From a virus (lineage: Duplodnaviria > Heunggongvirae > Uroviricota > Caudoviricetes), in the IMG/VR virus record IMGVR_UViG_2563366941_000005: a stretch of 34,670 bases of DNA; one strand, 5' to 3'. Under the pieces are notes generated by a model. The model was not told the origin of the DNA. It searched no databases and saw only the letters and a program-made list of their open reading frames with translations. A program made the translations under genes and the position numbers. Positions 16,552 to 24,940 of this stretch are shown here, piece after piece (the stretch's first letter is position 1; each line of letters begins with the position of its first letter).

Positions 16552-17169
16552 ATGGATAAAAATGTAGAGCATGTATTAGTTGATGCAATTGAAAATAAGC
16601 AATCTTTAACAGTCGTTTACTTAGGAGGGAGCCAGCCCGGAACATTAAGGAATATTTCTCCGATTAGTATAAATGGGGATAAATTGCGGGCAAGATGCCA
16701 TAGTTCTGGAGCAGTAAAGGTTTTCAATCTTGGGAAAATACAGTTACCCAGTGACTCCTGCGCGGTATCTATGCACTATGGAGATTTAGAAGTTAAAGCT
16801 TATGAGACGATGCAGAGCGTAAATGACAACTTTCATGCCCTTTATCCTGAAGGACGATGGGGTGTTGATTTTAATGAGCATCGCTTTGCTTTATTTGATT
16901 TTTTTAAAAACGGGAAACGAAAAAAAACGGCATTTATGGCAATTGAGTTCAGGGAAAGAGATGAAGAGAAAATAATAACAGGTGTAACAATTGATATTGG
17001 TATATCTGGAACAGTGATTTCTGAGAAGTCCCGAATCCCAAAAAGACGACCATGGGTAGTGGTTGGTCCCGAACACGGAGAATACAGTACTTATTCAACT
17101 TTGGACAAGGCTGCTACAGCGTTTTTTGAGAGGCTTTCGTTGATAGCATCCGGCCTGGAAGATAATTGA
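16552..17169 (+). CDS. Hypothetical moron protein (205 aa), unknown function
   Basis: AT-rich ORF with GGGAGG SD directly abutting the IS1 right end; followed by its own intrinsic terminator; no recognisable motif. Confidence 0.6.
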   Translation: MDKNVEHVLVDAIENKQSLTVVYLGGSQPGTLRNISPISINGDKLRARCHSSGAVKVFNLGKIQLPSDSCAVSMHYGDLEVKAYETMQSVNDNFHALYPEGRWGVDFNEHRFALFDFFKNGKRKKTAFMAIEFRERDEEKIITGVTIDIGISGTVISEKSRIPKRRPWVVVGPEHGEYSTYSTLDKAATAFFERLSLIASGLEDN

Positions 17170-17298
17170 TTTTATGTTTGGTATTCAGAGTTCGCCGTGC
17201 TTAAGAAAGTCAAGATTCTAAAAATACTGAATGAGCTACTTGTGTTATAACAAAAATGCTATTAGTGTGTTAAGAGTGGTTACTTCGCCACACAACTT

Positions 17299-17325
17299 AA
17301 ACCCGCCACTGAGCGGGTTTTTTGT
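17299..17325 (+). terminator. Rho-independent terminator after the 205-aa ORF
   Basis: Stem ACCCGC, loop CACTGA, stem GCGGGT, then TTTTTT. Confidence 0.7.
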
Positions 17326-17447
17326 ACCTGTAAACTTGGTGCAGTACAGTAAACACGCTGGTGGTCGTGAATACTGGCTTTTTATCTTGCTGGCTTTTTA
17401 GACAAGAGTTATTGGTATGTCACGTTAACCGGAAAGGGTAAAAAGAC

Positions 17448-17645
17448 ATGCTGAAACAGCAGGATATGACAGAAACCGCCAGAGTTGTGTTTGATGAATT
17501 AAGCGTTACCGAACCGGCGACAGTCGGGGAGATTGCGCAGAATACTTACCTTTCACGCGAACGCTGCCAGTTAATACTGACCCAGCTTGTTATGGCGGGT
17601 CTGGCAGACTATCAGTGCGGTTGTTACAGACGCCTTCAGTCCTGA
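17448..17645 (+). CDS. Small winged-helix DNA-binding protein (65 aa)
   Basis: HTH-like segment TVGEIAQNTYLSRERCQLILTQLVMAGL; AT-rich context upstream of the AraC-like gene. Confidence 0.45.
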   Translation: MLKQQDMTETARVVFDELSVTEPATVGEIAQNTYLSRERCQLILTQLVMAGLADYQCGCYRRLQS

Positions 17646-17779
17646 AGGCTTTTTATTTGTGGTGAATGGGCGGCTGGTGGGGGGGCGACACCTGTCAGTC
17701 CTTTGCTTATGTGTTGATGATAATTTACCTTTTGGGGCTATAATTGAGCTAACCAATTGCTAATGAAAGTAAAATTATA

Positions 17780-18493
17780 ATGGCTGTTGTCTGTTCAGTT
17801 ATCATGGTTTGCTCCCCAATTAATATTTTTCTTGAAAAGGATACGTTGTCACTTAAGCCAGGCTCAGTTGTTCTGGCCACCAAATGCATCAGGGAGCTTT
17901 TCCTTATGCATTATGGCAAAGTTAAAATTGTCGATATAAGCGAATCCGTCGTAAGTCAATATCTGGAAAGTCAGCATAAGCTGACGAGGACTCGTCTGAC
18001 TGACATTCCGCTTTACCTGTTGCTGGAACCCAACAATCCTGCGTTGGCTGCGGCTTTAATTACCAGCCAGGGATTTTCCGGAGAGGCCACGGATATGTTT
18101 CTTATGATGGCCTGCCTGTCTCTGTTTGAAACAGATGAACGGATGTCATTGTTTTTAAGTGGATGTTTATCCAGCATAAGTGCCAAAGTCAGGGCGATAA
18201 TTCAGACAGATATATCAGCAAGCTGGACGCTTGGTGCGATTGCTCTACAGTTGCATATGAGTGAGAGTTTGTTAAAGACAAAACTGAAAAATGAAGGGGG
18301 CATGTTCAGTCGCTTGTTGCTGGAAGAGCGGATGCGTGTTGCTGTAAATATGTTATGTTCCCGGCATGGATATGGACAGGCTATAGCAGAAAAATGCGGT
18401 TATTCAAGCAGGTCCTACTTTATTTCTGTATTTCACCGCTATTATGGCTTCCCGCCAGACAGATATGTATCCAGGCAAGGGCTTGATTATTGA
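17780..18493 (+). CDS. AraC-family transcriptional regulator
   Basis: C-terminal AraC-type HTH (WTLGAIALQLHMSESLLKTKLK ... GYSSRSYFISVFHRYYGFPP); low GC; start codon uncertain. Confidence 0.8.
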   Translation: MAVVCSVIMVCSPINIFLEKDTLSLKPGSVVLATKCIRELFLMHYGKVKIVDISESVVSQYLESQHKLTRTRLTDIPLYLLLEPNNPALAAALITSQGFSGEATDMFLMMACLSLFETDERMSLFLSGCLSSISAKVRAIIQTDISASWTLGAIALQLHMSESLLKTKLKNEGGMFSRLLLEERMRVAVNMLCSRHGYGQAIAEKCGYSSRSYFISVFHRYYGFPPDRYVSRQGLDY

Positions 18494-18521
18494 TTTTCAT
18501 CTGATTATTATTTTTTGGCTC

Positions 18522-18597
18522 GGCCCTTTAGCTCAGTGGTGAGAGCGAGCGACTCATAATCGCCAGGTCGCTGGTTCAAATCCAGCAAGGGCCACCA
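18522..18597 (+). tRNA. tRNA with CAU anticodon (Ile2-lysidine type, ileX/ileZ-like; could be scored as Met)
   Basis: 76-nt cloverleaf: acceptor GGCCCTT/AAGGGCC, D arm GCTC/GAGC, anticodon loop CTCATAA, T loop TTCAAAT, encoded CCA. Confidence 0.85.
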
Positions 18598-18604
18598 TCA
18601 CATA

Positions 18605-18681
18605 CCGCCATTAGCTCATCAGGAAAGAGCGCCAGCCTTCGAAGCTGGTTGCGCGGAGTTCGGGTCCCCGAAGGCGGTTCA
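18605..18681 (+). tRNA. tRNA-Arg-like (anticodon UCG), noncanonical
   Basis: D arm GCTC/GAGC, anticodon stem CCAGC/GCTGG with loop CTTCGAA, T loop TTCGGGT; one acceptor and one T-stem mismatch; 3-prime end TCA instead of CCA. Confidence 0.55.
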
Positions 18682-18694
18682 TTATCTGTATCCT

Positions 18695-18771
18695 GCGTTG
18701 TTAGCTCAGCCGGACAGAGCAATTGCCTTCTAAGCAATCGGTCACTGGTTCGAATACAGTAGAACGCGCCA
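18695..18771 (+). tRNA. tRNA-Arg (anticodon UCU)
   Basis: Acceptor GCGTTGT, D arm GCTC/GAGC, anticodon stem ATTGC/GCAAT with loop CTTCTAA, T loop TTCGAAT, encoded CCA; one acceptor mismatch and a G/A at the T-stem closing pair. Confidence 0.65.
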
Positions 18772-18786
18772 CACTTATTTTCCCTG

Positions 18787-18810
18787 GCTCGCTTTTGCGG
18801 GCTTTTTTTT
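18787..18810 (+). terminator. Rho-independent terminator after the tRNA cluster
   Basis: Stem GCTCGC, loop TTTT, stem GCGGGC (one G-U pair), then T8. Confidence 0.7.
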
Positions 18811-19245
18811 AAATGTCTCACAATTCAGGCGGTTGACTGTTGTCTGGTTTGCGGGGAGTTTGTTAAAAGAAACTGGCATGGTGAATCCCCCTGTGCGGAG
18901 GGGCAATCAGCGAGTAGGTATATGGGATAATCGCGGATTCAGGTGCTGGTACTGAATTCACCGGGAGGCACCCGGCACCATGCAATGGCACATAGTGCCA
19001 CTCTCCAGCCCCTCTCCGGAGGGGCTTTCTTGTGGGCAAAAAAAAGCCCGAGTGGGTTCGGGCAACAGCATGAGATATACATTTTTATAATCGAATGGAT
19101 TTTAACCAGAATTCATAAGGCTGCGCAACTGCGCGGTCTTTTTCGAATTGCGGGCTGTCGTCTCTCTTCTGCCATTGTCCTGTAACTTCCGGACTTCAGC
19201 CCGCTCCTTATTTTACTCACAATATTATCCCGGCCGGGAGGATTC

Positions 19246-21207
19246 ATGGCATTTAAACACTATGACGTGGTCAGGGCGGCATCGCCGTCAGACCTTGCGA
19301 AACGACTGACACAAAAACTGAAGGAGGGGTGGCAGCCATTTGGCAGTCCGGTGGCCATCACGCCTTATACCCTGATGCAGGCCATTGCGGCGGAAGGTGA
19401 TGTCACCACACCTGTGGTGGTGAAGCCGTCGGATGGAGAAGGCGCAGTTATCAGCACTACCAGCAACCCGGAGTATTACTTTGTTGTTGCCCTGGCCGGG
19501 CAGTCAAACGGTATGGCGTATGGTGAAGGGCTTCCGCTGCCGGAGACATATGACCGTCCGGACCCGCGTATTAAACAGCTGGCGCGTCGCAGCACTGTCA
19601 CGCCGGGTGGTGCGTCCTGTAACTACAATGACATTATTCCTGCGGACCACTGCCTGCATGATGTTCAGGATTTGAGTAAGTTTTCACACCCGAAAGCCAG
19701 CGCAGCTCAGTATGGATGCGTGGGGCAGGGATTACATATCGCGAAGAAATTGTTGTCGTTTATTCCGGCGAATGCCGGTATTCTTCTGGTTCCGTGCTGC
19801 CGTGGTGGTTCTGCATTTTTGGCGGGCGATGAAGGTACCTTCAGCGAATCCACCGGCGCAAGCGAGACCTCGGCACGCTGGGGTGTAGATAAGCCACTGT
19901 ACAAGGACCTGCTTACCCGTACTCAGGCCGCACTGAAGGCCAACCCTAAAAATATTCTGCTTGCAGTGGTCTGGATGCAGGGCGAGTTTGATTTGAAACA
20001 GGGTGCATACGCCACTCAGCCGGGGCTGTTTGATTCCATGGTGGAAAAATATCGTTCTGACCTGTCGGAATTCGGAGGTCAGTGTCTCGGGGGCTCTCCG
20101 TCATCAGTTCCCTGGATTTGTGGCGACACGACCTACTACTGGAAGCAGACTTATTCTTCGCAATACGATGCGGTGTATGGTGCATATAAGACGAAATCCG
20201 CAAAAAAAATCTTCTTTGTGCCGTTTATGACGGATGAAAACGGGCGAAATGTGGGTACCAACGAGCCGTCAGAAGATCCGGATGTTGCGGATATTGGGTA
20301 TTACGGAGCCGGTGGTCGAACGGACGCCAAAACCTGGACGACGGCTGACCGTAAAACGCATTTTGGATCATGGGCACGTCGTGGGATTATTTCCGACCGT
20401 CTGGCAACGGCGATTCTTGTGCATGCCGGGAGAACCGCTGAATTCATTACCGGAAAACAGCCTGATACGGTGAAGCCCACCGGACCTTCCGGTGAAGGTA
20501 CGGAGAGAGAGCCGGAAGGTCCGGTCAGTAACCGAACCCTGATGAGTCTGCTGGCGTCCGGCGAAGACCTGGCATCACAGGGCTGGCGCTATTATCACAA
20601 ACCGGCGAGCGGAGACAATGTTAACAAAAACATTGCTGAAGCGGTGGTCAGTGATGCGGGGGCTACGGGAGGTAAGGCCCTGCAACTGAATAAACCGGAA
20701 AACCACATCTGGTTTCTGGAGCATGATGCAGCCGGGCAGGGGGCAGAGTTGCTGAAGAAAGGAGGACGTGTGAGCGTACGGTTTAAGTTGCCGGGTTCAC
20801 TGGTGCCGAATCAGTTTGCCCTGGGCATTTACTGGCAGTTGTCGTCCCTGCCGGAGGGAGTGACGCTGGCAGAGGAAGGCAACGACATGCTGATGTCCTT
20901 CTTCCTGCAGACGGATGCGACGAACCTGAACGCGATGCACCACAAGAAGCCGAATGCGAAGCTGGATACGTTCGGGGTCTTTGATAACGGATGGCACACA
21001 CTGGCTTTTGAGTTTGCCGGAAACAACAGCATTCAGGTGACGCCGGTACTGGATGAGAAACGGGGGACGCCGTTCACACTGGTGAAATCTCCGGCATCAG
21101 GGGCGGCGGACAAACTGCAACTGACAGGCATATCAAAGGCGGCGACATATACGCTGCTGATTGACAGTGTGAAGGTGGAAGTGAACAACGCGGATGCCGC
21201 GGCATGA
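19246..21207 (+). CDS. Prophage sialate O-acetylesterase (NanS-p-like; SGNH/SASA hydrolase)
   Basis: 653-aa ORF; GQSN catalytic motif (VALAGQSNGMAYGEG); GGGAGG SD; located between the tRNAs and the lysis genes as in Stx-phage-like prophages. Confidence 0.75.
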   Translation: MAFKHYDVVRAASPSDLAKRLTQKLKEGWQPFGSPVAITPYTLMQAIAAEGDVTTPVVVKPSDGEGAVISTTSNPEYYFVVALAGQSNGMAYGEGLPLPETYDRPDPRIKQLARRSTVTPGGASCNYNDIIPADHCLHDVQDLSKFSHPKASAAQYGCVGQGLHIAKKLLSFIPANAGILLVPCCRGGSAFLAGDEGTFSESTGASETSARWGVDKPLYKDLLTRTQAALKANPKNILLAVVWMQGEFDLKQGAYATQPGLFDSMVEKYRSDLSEFGGQCLGGSPSSVPWICGDTTYYWKQTYSSQYDAVYGAYKTKSAKKIFFVPFMTDENGRNVGTNEPSEDPDVADIGYYGAGGRTDAKTWTTADRKTHFGSWARRGIISDRLATAILVHAGRTAEFITGKQPDTVKPTGPSGEGTEREPEGPVSNRTLMSLLASGEDLASQGWRYYHKPASGDNVNKNIAEAVVSDAGATGGKALQLNKPENHIWFLEHDAAGQGAELLKKGGRVSVRFKLPGSLVPNQFALGIYWQLSSLPEGVTLAEEGNDMLMSFFLQTDATNLNAMHHKKPNAKLDTFGVFDNGWHTLAFEFAGNNSIQVTPVLDEKRGTPFTLVKSPASGAADKLQLTGISKAATYTLLIDSVKVEVNNADAAA

Positions 21208-21358
21208 TAAAAAAAGGCCGCCAGCAATGAAGGAAAGGGATGAACTGTGTCCACTACATGAATGCTGGCGGCTGGTAAAACGACCACGATGACACCGAAG
21301 TTTGCGATATTTTTCTACAAAAATAAGTAAATCATGTCAACTATCACGGTGAGAAACC

Positions 21359-21541
21359 ATGACATTTCTGAACCAGTTAATGCTGTACTTCTGTACGGCA
21401 GTCTGTGTTATGTATCTTCTTTCGGGTGGGTACAGGGCAGTGCGCGATTTCTGGCGCAGGCAGATTGATAAAAGGGCCGCTGAGAGAATCAGCGCCAGTC
21501 AGTCAGCCGGAAGCAAACCCGAAGATCCGCTCATTCCGTAG
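21359..21541 (+). CDS. Small membrane protein (60 aa)
   Basis: N-terminal hydrophobic helix LMLYFCTAVCVMYLLSGG; GGTGAGAAA SD. Confidence 0.45.
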   Translation: MTFLNQLMLYFCTAVCVMYLLSGGYRAVRDFWRRQIDKRAAERISASQSAGSKPEDPLIP

Positions 21542-21578
21542 TCACTTTCTTGACAACACCTTTCAACGAGAAAATCCC

Positions 21579-21848
21579 ATGTCAGAAATCACATCCCTGG
21601 TCACTGCTGAGGCAGTGAAGGAAGTCCTGCGCTCTGAAGAAGTCCTGAGCGCACTGAAACAGAAACTCCGCCAGAACCTTGAGGCGCGTCTTGATGCAGA
21701 AGTGGATGCCATTCTGGATGAGCTGCTGGGCGTACCAGCGGTTCCGGAGCCGGAAGGCATTGCGGATGACAGTACTGTTTCAGATGGCGTCGGGTCTCAG
21801 CCTGACGGTAGTGAAGAGCCTCAGCCTGACGGCGAAATGATGATGTAA
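21579..21848 (+). CDS. Small acidic hypothetical protein (89 aa)
   Basis: Internal ATG of tracked ORF 21405..21848; weak SD. Confidence 0.4.
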   Translation: MSEITSLVTAEAVKEVLRSEEVLSALKQKLRQNLEARLDAEVDAILDELLGVPAVPEPEGIADDSTVSDGVGSQPDGSEEPQPDGEMMM

Positions 21849-21923
21849 CCATGCGCAGGGGGTGTCGGTGTGAGCTGATGCCCCACTTGTTGTTGTGAGC
21901 TTCCGGATTGCGGGAGACGGGGT

Positions 21924-22139
21924 ATGTACCAGATGGAAAAAATCACAACAGGTGTGTCATACACCACGTCAGCGGTGGGAACGGGCTACTGGTTCCTGCA
22001 GTTGCTGGACAGGGTTTCCCCGTCTCAGTGGGCGGCAATAGGCGTGCTGGGGAGTCTGCTGTTTGGGCTGCTGACATATCTGACTAACCTGTATTTCAAA
22101 ATCAGAGAGGACCGTCGTAAGGCTGCACGGGGAGAGTAA
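21924..22139 (+). CDS. S: Holin, pinholin type (phage 21 S-like)
   Basis: 71 aa, two TM segments, dual-start motif MYQMEK, C-terminal [13 protein letters not shown]; precedes a SAR endolysin. Confidence 0.8.
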   Translation: MYQMEKITTGVSYTTSAVGTGYWFLQLLDRVSPSQWAAIGVLGSLLFGLLTYLTNLYFKIREDRRKAARGE

Positions 22140-22143
22140 TTCA

Positions 22144-22488
22144 ATGACTCAAAACTATGAACTGATTGTGAAAGGGATCCGCAATTTTGAGAATAAAGTT
22201 ACGGTAACTTTAGCGTTACGGGACAAAAAACGCTTTGACGGTGAAATTTTTGACCTGGACATCTCGCTGGACCGTGTTGAAGGTGCCGCGCTGGAGTTTT
22301 ATGAGGCAGCAGCCAGAAGGAGCATCAGACAGGTCTTCCTGGATGTTGCTGCCGGGTTATGTGAAGGGGATGAGCAGTCGCCGGAAAAGCGCCCCGTAAT
22401 TTTAGAGGCGCAGGATGTGTTGATAACCTACAGAGGAAAACTACCGGGAATAATTACGGGTTCTCTGAAGAGTCCGCCGAAATGGTAA
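22144..22488 (+). CDS. DUF1327 / YdfR-like protein inserted between holin and endolysin
   Basis: 114-aa ORF 4 nt after the holin stop; family assignment is from memory. Confidence 0.5.
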   Translation: MTQNYELIVKGIRNFENKVTVTLALRDKKRFDGEIFDLDISLDRVEGAALEFYEAAARRSIRQVFLDVAAGLCEGDEQSPEKRPVILEAQDVLITYRGKLPGIITGSLKSPPKW

Positions 22489-22726
22489 TTTTACCAGCAT
22501 ATTTTTCATCCAGTAATACAGCAAGCCGCCTGAAAGAGTCTTGTTGTTCCTGAGACCATTTGGGATTGCATGATTCAAACTGGATTGATGCCAGCGTTGA
22601 TTGCATCTGTTCCCTTGGAATTGAGAATGCCAGATATGAGAAGGCGACGGTAAGGGTATTCACGTCTTCCCGAAGCCTGGAAATGCTGTCGAGCAACTCC
22701 TGTAGAGAAATGGTGTTATTGTCCAT
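22454..22726 (-). CDS. Hypothetical protein (90 aa), antisense to the lysis cassette
   Basis: Protein-like translation in an AT-richer segment; converges on and overlaps the YdfR-like gene by 35 bp. Confidence 0.35.
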   Translation of the reverse strand: MDNNTISLQELLDSISRLREDVNTLTVAFSYLAFSIPREQMQSTLASIQFESCNPKWSQEQQDSFRRLAVLLDEKYAGKITISADSSENP

Positions 22727-22831
22727 AAATAATCCTCATGATTGTATTGACCTGTTAGCAGCCTGAGGCAACAGGCTGGAACTGATAAACATATCCAGGG
22801 CTCAGAAACCGATAAATCCTGATAAATATCC

Positions 22832-23365
22832 ATGAACGCAAAAATCAGATACGGCCTGTCGGCTGCCGTTCTGGCGCTGATTGCCGCTGGTGCGCCTGCG
22901 CCTGACATTCTCGACCAGTTTCTGGATGAAAAGGAAGGTAACCACACCACGGCATACCGTGATGGCGCGGGTATCTGGACCATCTGCCGCGGTGCCATCC
23001 TGGTGGATGGCAAACCTGTCGTTCCGGGCATGAAGTTGTCGAAGGAAAAATGCGACCGGGTTAACGCCATTGAGCGTGATAAGGCGCTGGCATGGGTGGA
23101 GAAAAACATCAGAGTGCCATTGAGTGAACCCCAGAAAGCGGGGATCGCGTCATTCTGTCCGTACAACATTGGTCCCGGTAAGTGTTTCCCGTCGACGTTT
23201 TATAAACGAATTAATGCAGGTGATCGCAGGGGAGCGTGTGAGGCGATTCGCTGGTGGATTAAGGACGGTGGCAGAGACTGCCGTATCCGCTCAAATAACT
23301 GTTATGGTCAGGTATCCCGTCGTGACCAGGAGAGCGCGCTGGCGTGCTGGGGAATCGACAGATAA
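22832..23365 (+). CDS. R: SAR endolysin (T4-lysozyme family with N-terminal signal-anchor-release domain)
   Basis: N-terminal hydrophobic SAR segment YGLSAAVLALIAAGA; catalytic E-8aa-D-5aa-T triad (EGNHTTAYRDGAGIWT). Confidence 0.85.
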   Translation: MNAKIRYGLSAAVLALIAAGAPAPDILDQFLDEKEGNHTTAYRDGAGIWTICRGAILVDGKPVVPGMKLSKEKCDRVNAIERDKALAWVEKNIRVPLSEPQKAGIASFCPYNIGPGKCFPSTFYKRINAGDRRGACEAIRWWIKDGGRDCRIRSNNCYGQVSRRDQESALACWGIDR

Positions 23366-23460
23366 GCAGAATATTTTGCTGAAAAATAAGGTATGGCCAC
23401 GCGGGCGGATAACACGAAATCCTGCGAACTGGCGAAACGTAAGTGAATAAAAGTAAAAAC

Positions 23461-23494
23461 CCCGTTTGTTGGCACCAAGCGGGGTTTTGTGTTT
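23461..23494 (+). terminator. Terminator-like hairpin between endolysin and Rz
   Basis: Stem CCCGTTTG, loop TTGGCAC, stem CAAGCGGG, then GTTTTGTGTTT. Confidence 0.45.
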
Positions 23495-23524
23495 CCTGAC
23501 TCCGGAAAAGTCAAAGGAGAAAGT

Positions 23525-23662
23525 GTGTTTGATTTTAGCAAACTGATTCGGGAGATTCGAGTGATGGCTGAAAAATTATCCACCTGGAAGTTCATTCTTA
23601 TCTGGCTGGTGTTTGTGATTATGGCCTCCGGTTATTTCATCGGTCAGATACGCTGGTGGTGA
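23525..23662 (+). CDS. Small hydrophobic ORF (45 aa) between endolysin and Rz
   Basis: GTG at 23525 with AAAGGAGAAAG SD; one predicted TM segment [20 protein letters not shown]; stop overlaps the Rz start. Confidence 0.3.
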   Translation: MFDFSKLIREIRVMAEKLSTWKFILIWLVFVIMASGYFIGQIRWW

Positions 23663-23663
23663 A

Positions 23664-24131
23664 ATGAACCGCGTACTGTGCGTGGTCATCATTGCCCTGC
23701 TGGTGGCCTGTGGTGCGCTTAGTCTGGGGCTGAATCATTACCGTGATAACGCCATTACCTACAAAGCCCAGCGCGACAAAAATGTCAGAGAACTGAAGCT
23801 GGCGAACGCGGCAATTACTGACATGCAGATGCGTCAGCGTGATGTTGCTGCGCTCGATGCAAAATACACGAAGGAGTTAGCTGATGCGAAAGCTGAAAAT
23901 GAAACTCTTCGCGCTGACGTTGCCGCTGGTCGTAAGCGCCTGCGTATCAACGCCACCTGTCCAGGTCCCGTGCGTGAAGCCACCGGCACCGCCCGCGTGG
24001 ATAATGCAACCGGCCCCCAACTGGCAGACACCGTTACACGGGATTATTTCACCCTCAGAGAGCGGCTGATGACGATGCAGAAGCAACTGGAAGGGGCGCA
24101 GGAATATATCCGTACTCAGTGCCTGAAATAA
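23664..24131 (+). CDS. Rz: Rz i-spanin
   Basis: N-terminal TM anchor then coiled-coil periplasmic domain; follows the endolysin; Rz1 embedded in +1 frame. Confidence 0.8.
   Translation: MNRVLCVVIIALLVACGALSLGLNHYRDNAITYKAQRDKNVRELKLANAAITDMQMRQRDVAALDAKYTKELADAKAENETLRADVAAGRKRLRINATCPGPVREATGTARVDNATGPQLADTVTRDYFTLRERLMTMQKQLEGAQEYIRTQCLK
23884..24069 (+). CDS. Rz1: Rz1 o-spanin lipoprotein (embedded in Rz)
   Basis: Lipobox LVVSAC and proline-rich mature region, wholly inside Rz in another frame. Confidence 0.75.
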   Translation: MRKLKMKLFALTLPLVVSACVSTPPVQVPCVKPPAPPAWIMQPAPNWQTPLHGIISPSESG

Positions 24132-24481
24132 GTTTTGTTGATGCGCCGTATCGTCGCTGTATTCCCTCATTAACAGAGACCGCAGCCCGACAGGGAGACT
24201 CCTCTGCGCGAGTGTGCGGGGATAATCAAAAACGATACACACCGGGGTTTACCGCGTTAACGGAGCGCGGCGTTGTCCCCTCATAGTCGCCTGTCCGGTG
24301 CGATGGTGGAAGAAACCGGATGTTTATCACTATTAATTGATGACACAGAAATGGATTCATTGAATTTCAGCACGTTTTTGTATTCGTGTTATTGAACATC
24401 TGTTTATTTTACTTTTAACATATTGATAATAAAAAGAGCTGTAAATCTTTAGATGAGTCGATTTTGTCCGGGGAAGTTCAA

Positions 24482-24622
24482 ATGGATTTTATGCTGACGG
24501 TTTCTGGTGTGGTTATCCTGTCCATTGCTTATACTGCAGATAAATATGGCTGCCATTTGTTATCACGTATTGGCGCTTATTGTTCGTTGATGCTGATTTT
24601 CTCGTCGCTTTTTTTTGAGTAA
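24482..24622 (+). CDS. Small hydrophobic ORF (46 aa) in the AT-rich island
   Basis: MDFMLTVSGVVILSIAYTADKYGCHLLSRIGAYCSLMLIFSSLFFE; weak SD; below ORF-track cutoff. Confidence 0.25.
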   Translation: MDFMLTVSGVVILSIAYTADKYGCHLLSRIGAYCSLMLIFSSLFFE

Positions 24623-24754
24623 GTTATATTAATTATAACAAATAATTTTCTGTGTTATTTTTTCAGGCTATCCCGTCAGAGGGGAAGCCTGTACTGCCGG
24701 GGAGCGAATGGAAAACTGATGTGTCCGGTAACTGCGTGTTCTGTGAACACCATG

Positions 24755-24940
24755 TTACTTAATTATGTAATTCATACCCGAACTCTCTGTTGACAGCCTT
24801 CTTCTGCAGGCTTCAATAACCCACGCTGAAAAGTTTCCTGAACCTTTCAGATCAAGAGCGATGTTAATTTGTTCAATCATCTGGTTTGGAAATCGGATGT
24901 TGCGGGTTGTTGTTCTGCGGGTTCTGTTCTTTGATGACAT
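24755..24940 (-). CDS. Small ribbon-helix-helix-like DNA-binding protein (61 aa)
   Basis: Basic N-terminus then RFPNQMIEQINIALDLKGSGNFSAWVIEACRRRL, consistent with a beta-strand/helix/helix pattern. Confidence 0.45.
   Translation of the reverse strand: MSSKNRTRRTTTRNIRFPNQMIEQINIALDLKGSGNFSAWVIEACRRRLSTESSGMNYIIK

Noticed and set aside
18772-19245. Shiga toxin genes between the tRNAs and the esterase
   Set aside because: No ORF of appropriate size on either strand in this interval; only hairpin-rich non-coding sequence.
21208-21290. Long inverted repeat GCCGCCAGCA ... TGCTGGCGGC after the esterase gene as a terminator
   Set aside because: Loop of about 36 nt and no U-tract; not a convincing intrinsic terminator, though it may form a structured element.
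22757-22782. Hairpin CAGCCTG-aggcaa-CAGGCTG upstream of the endolysin as a terminator
   Set aside because: Not followed by a T-rich tract on either strand.
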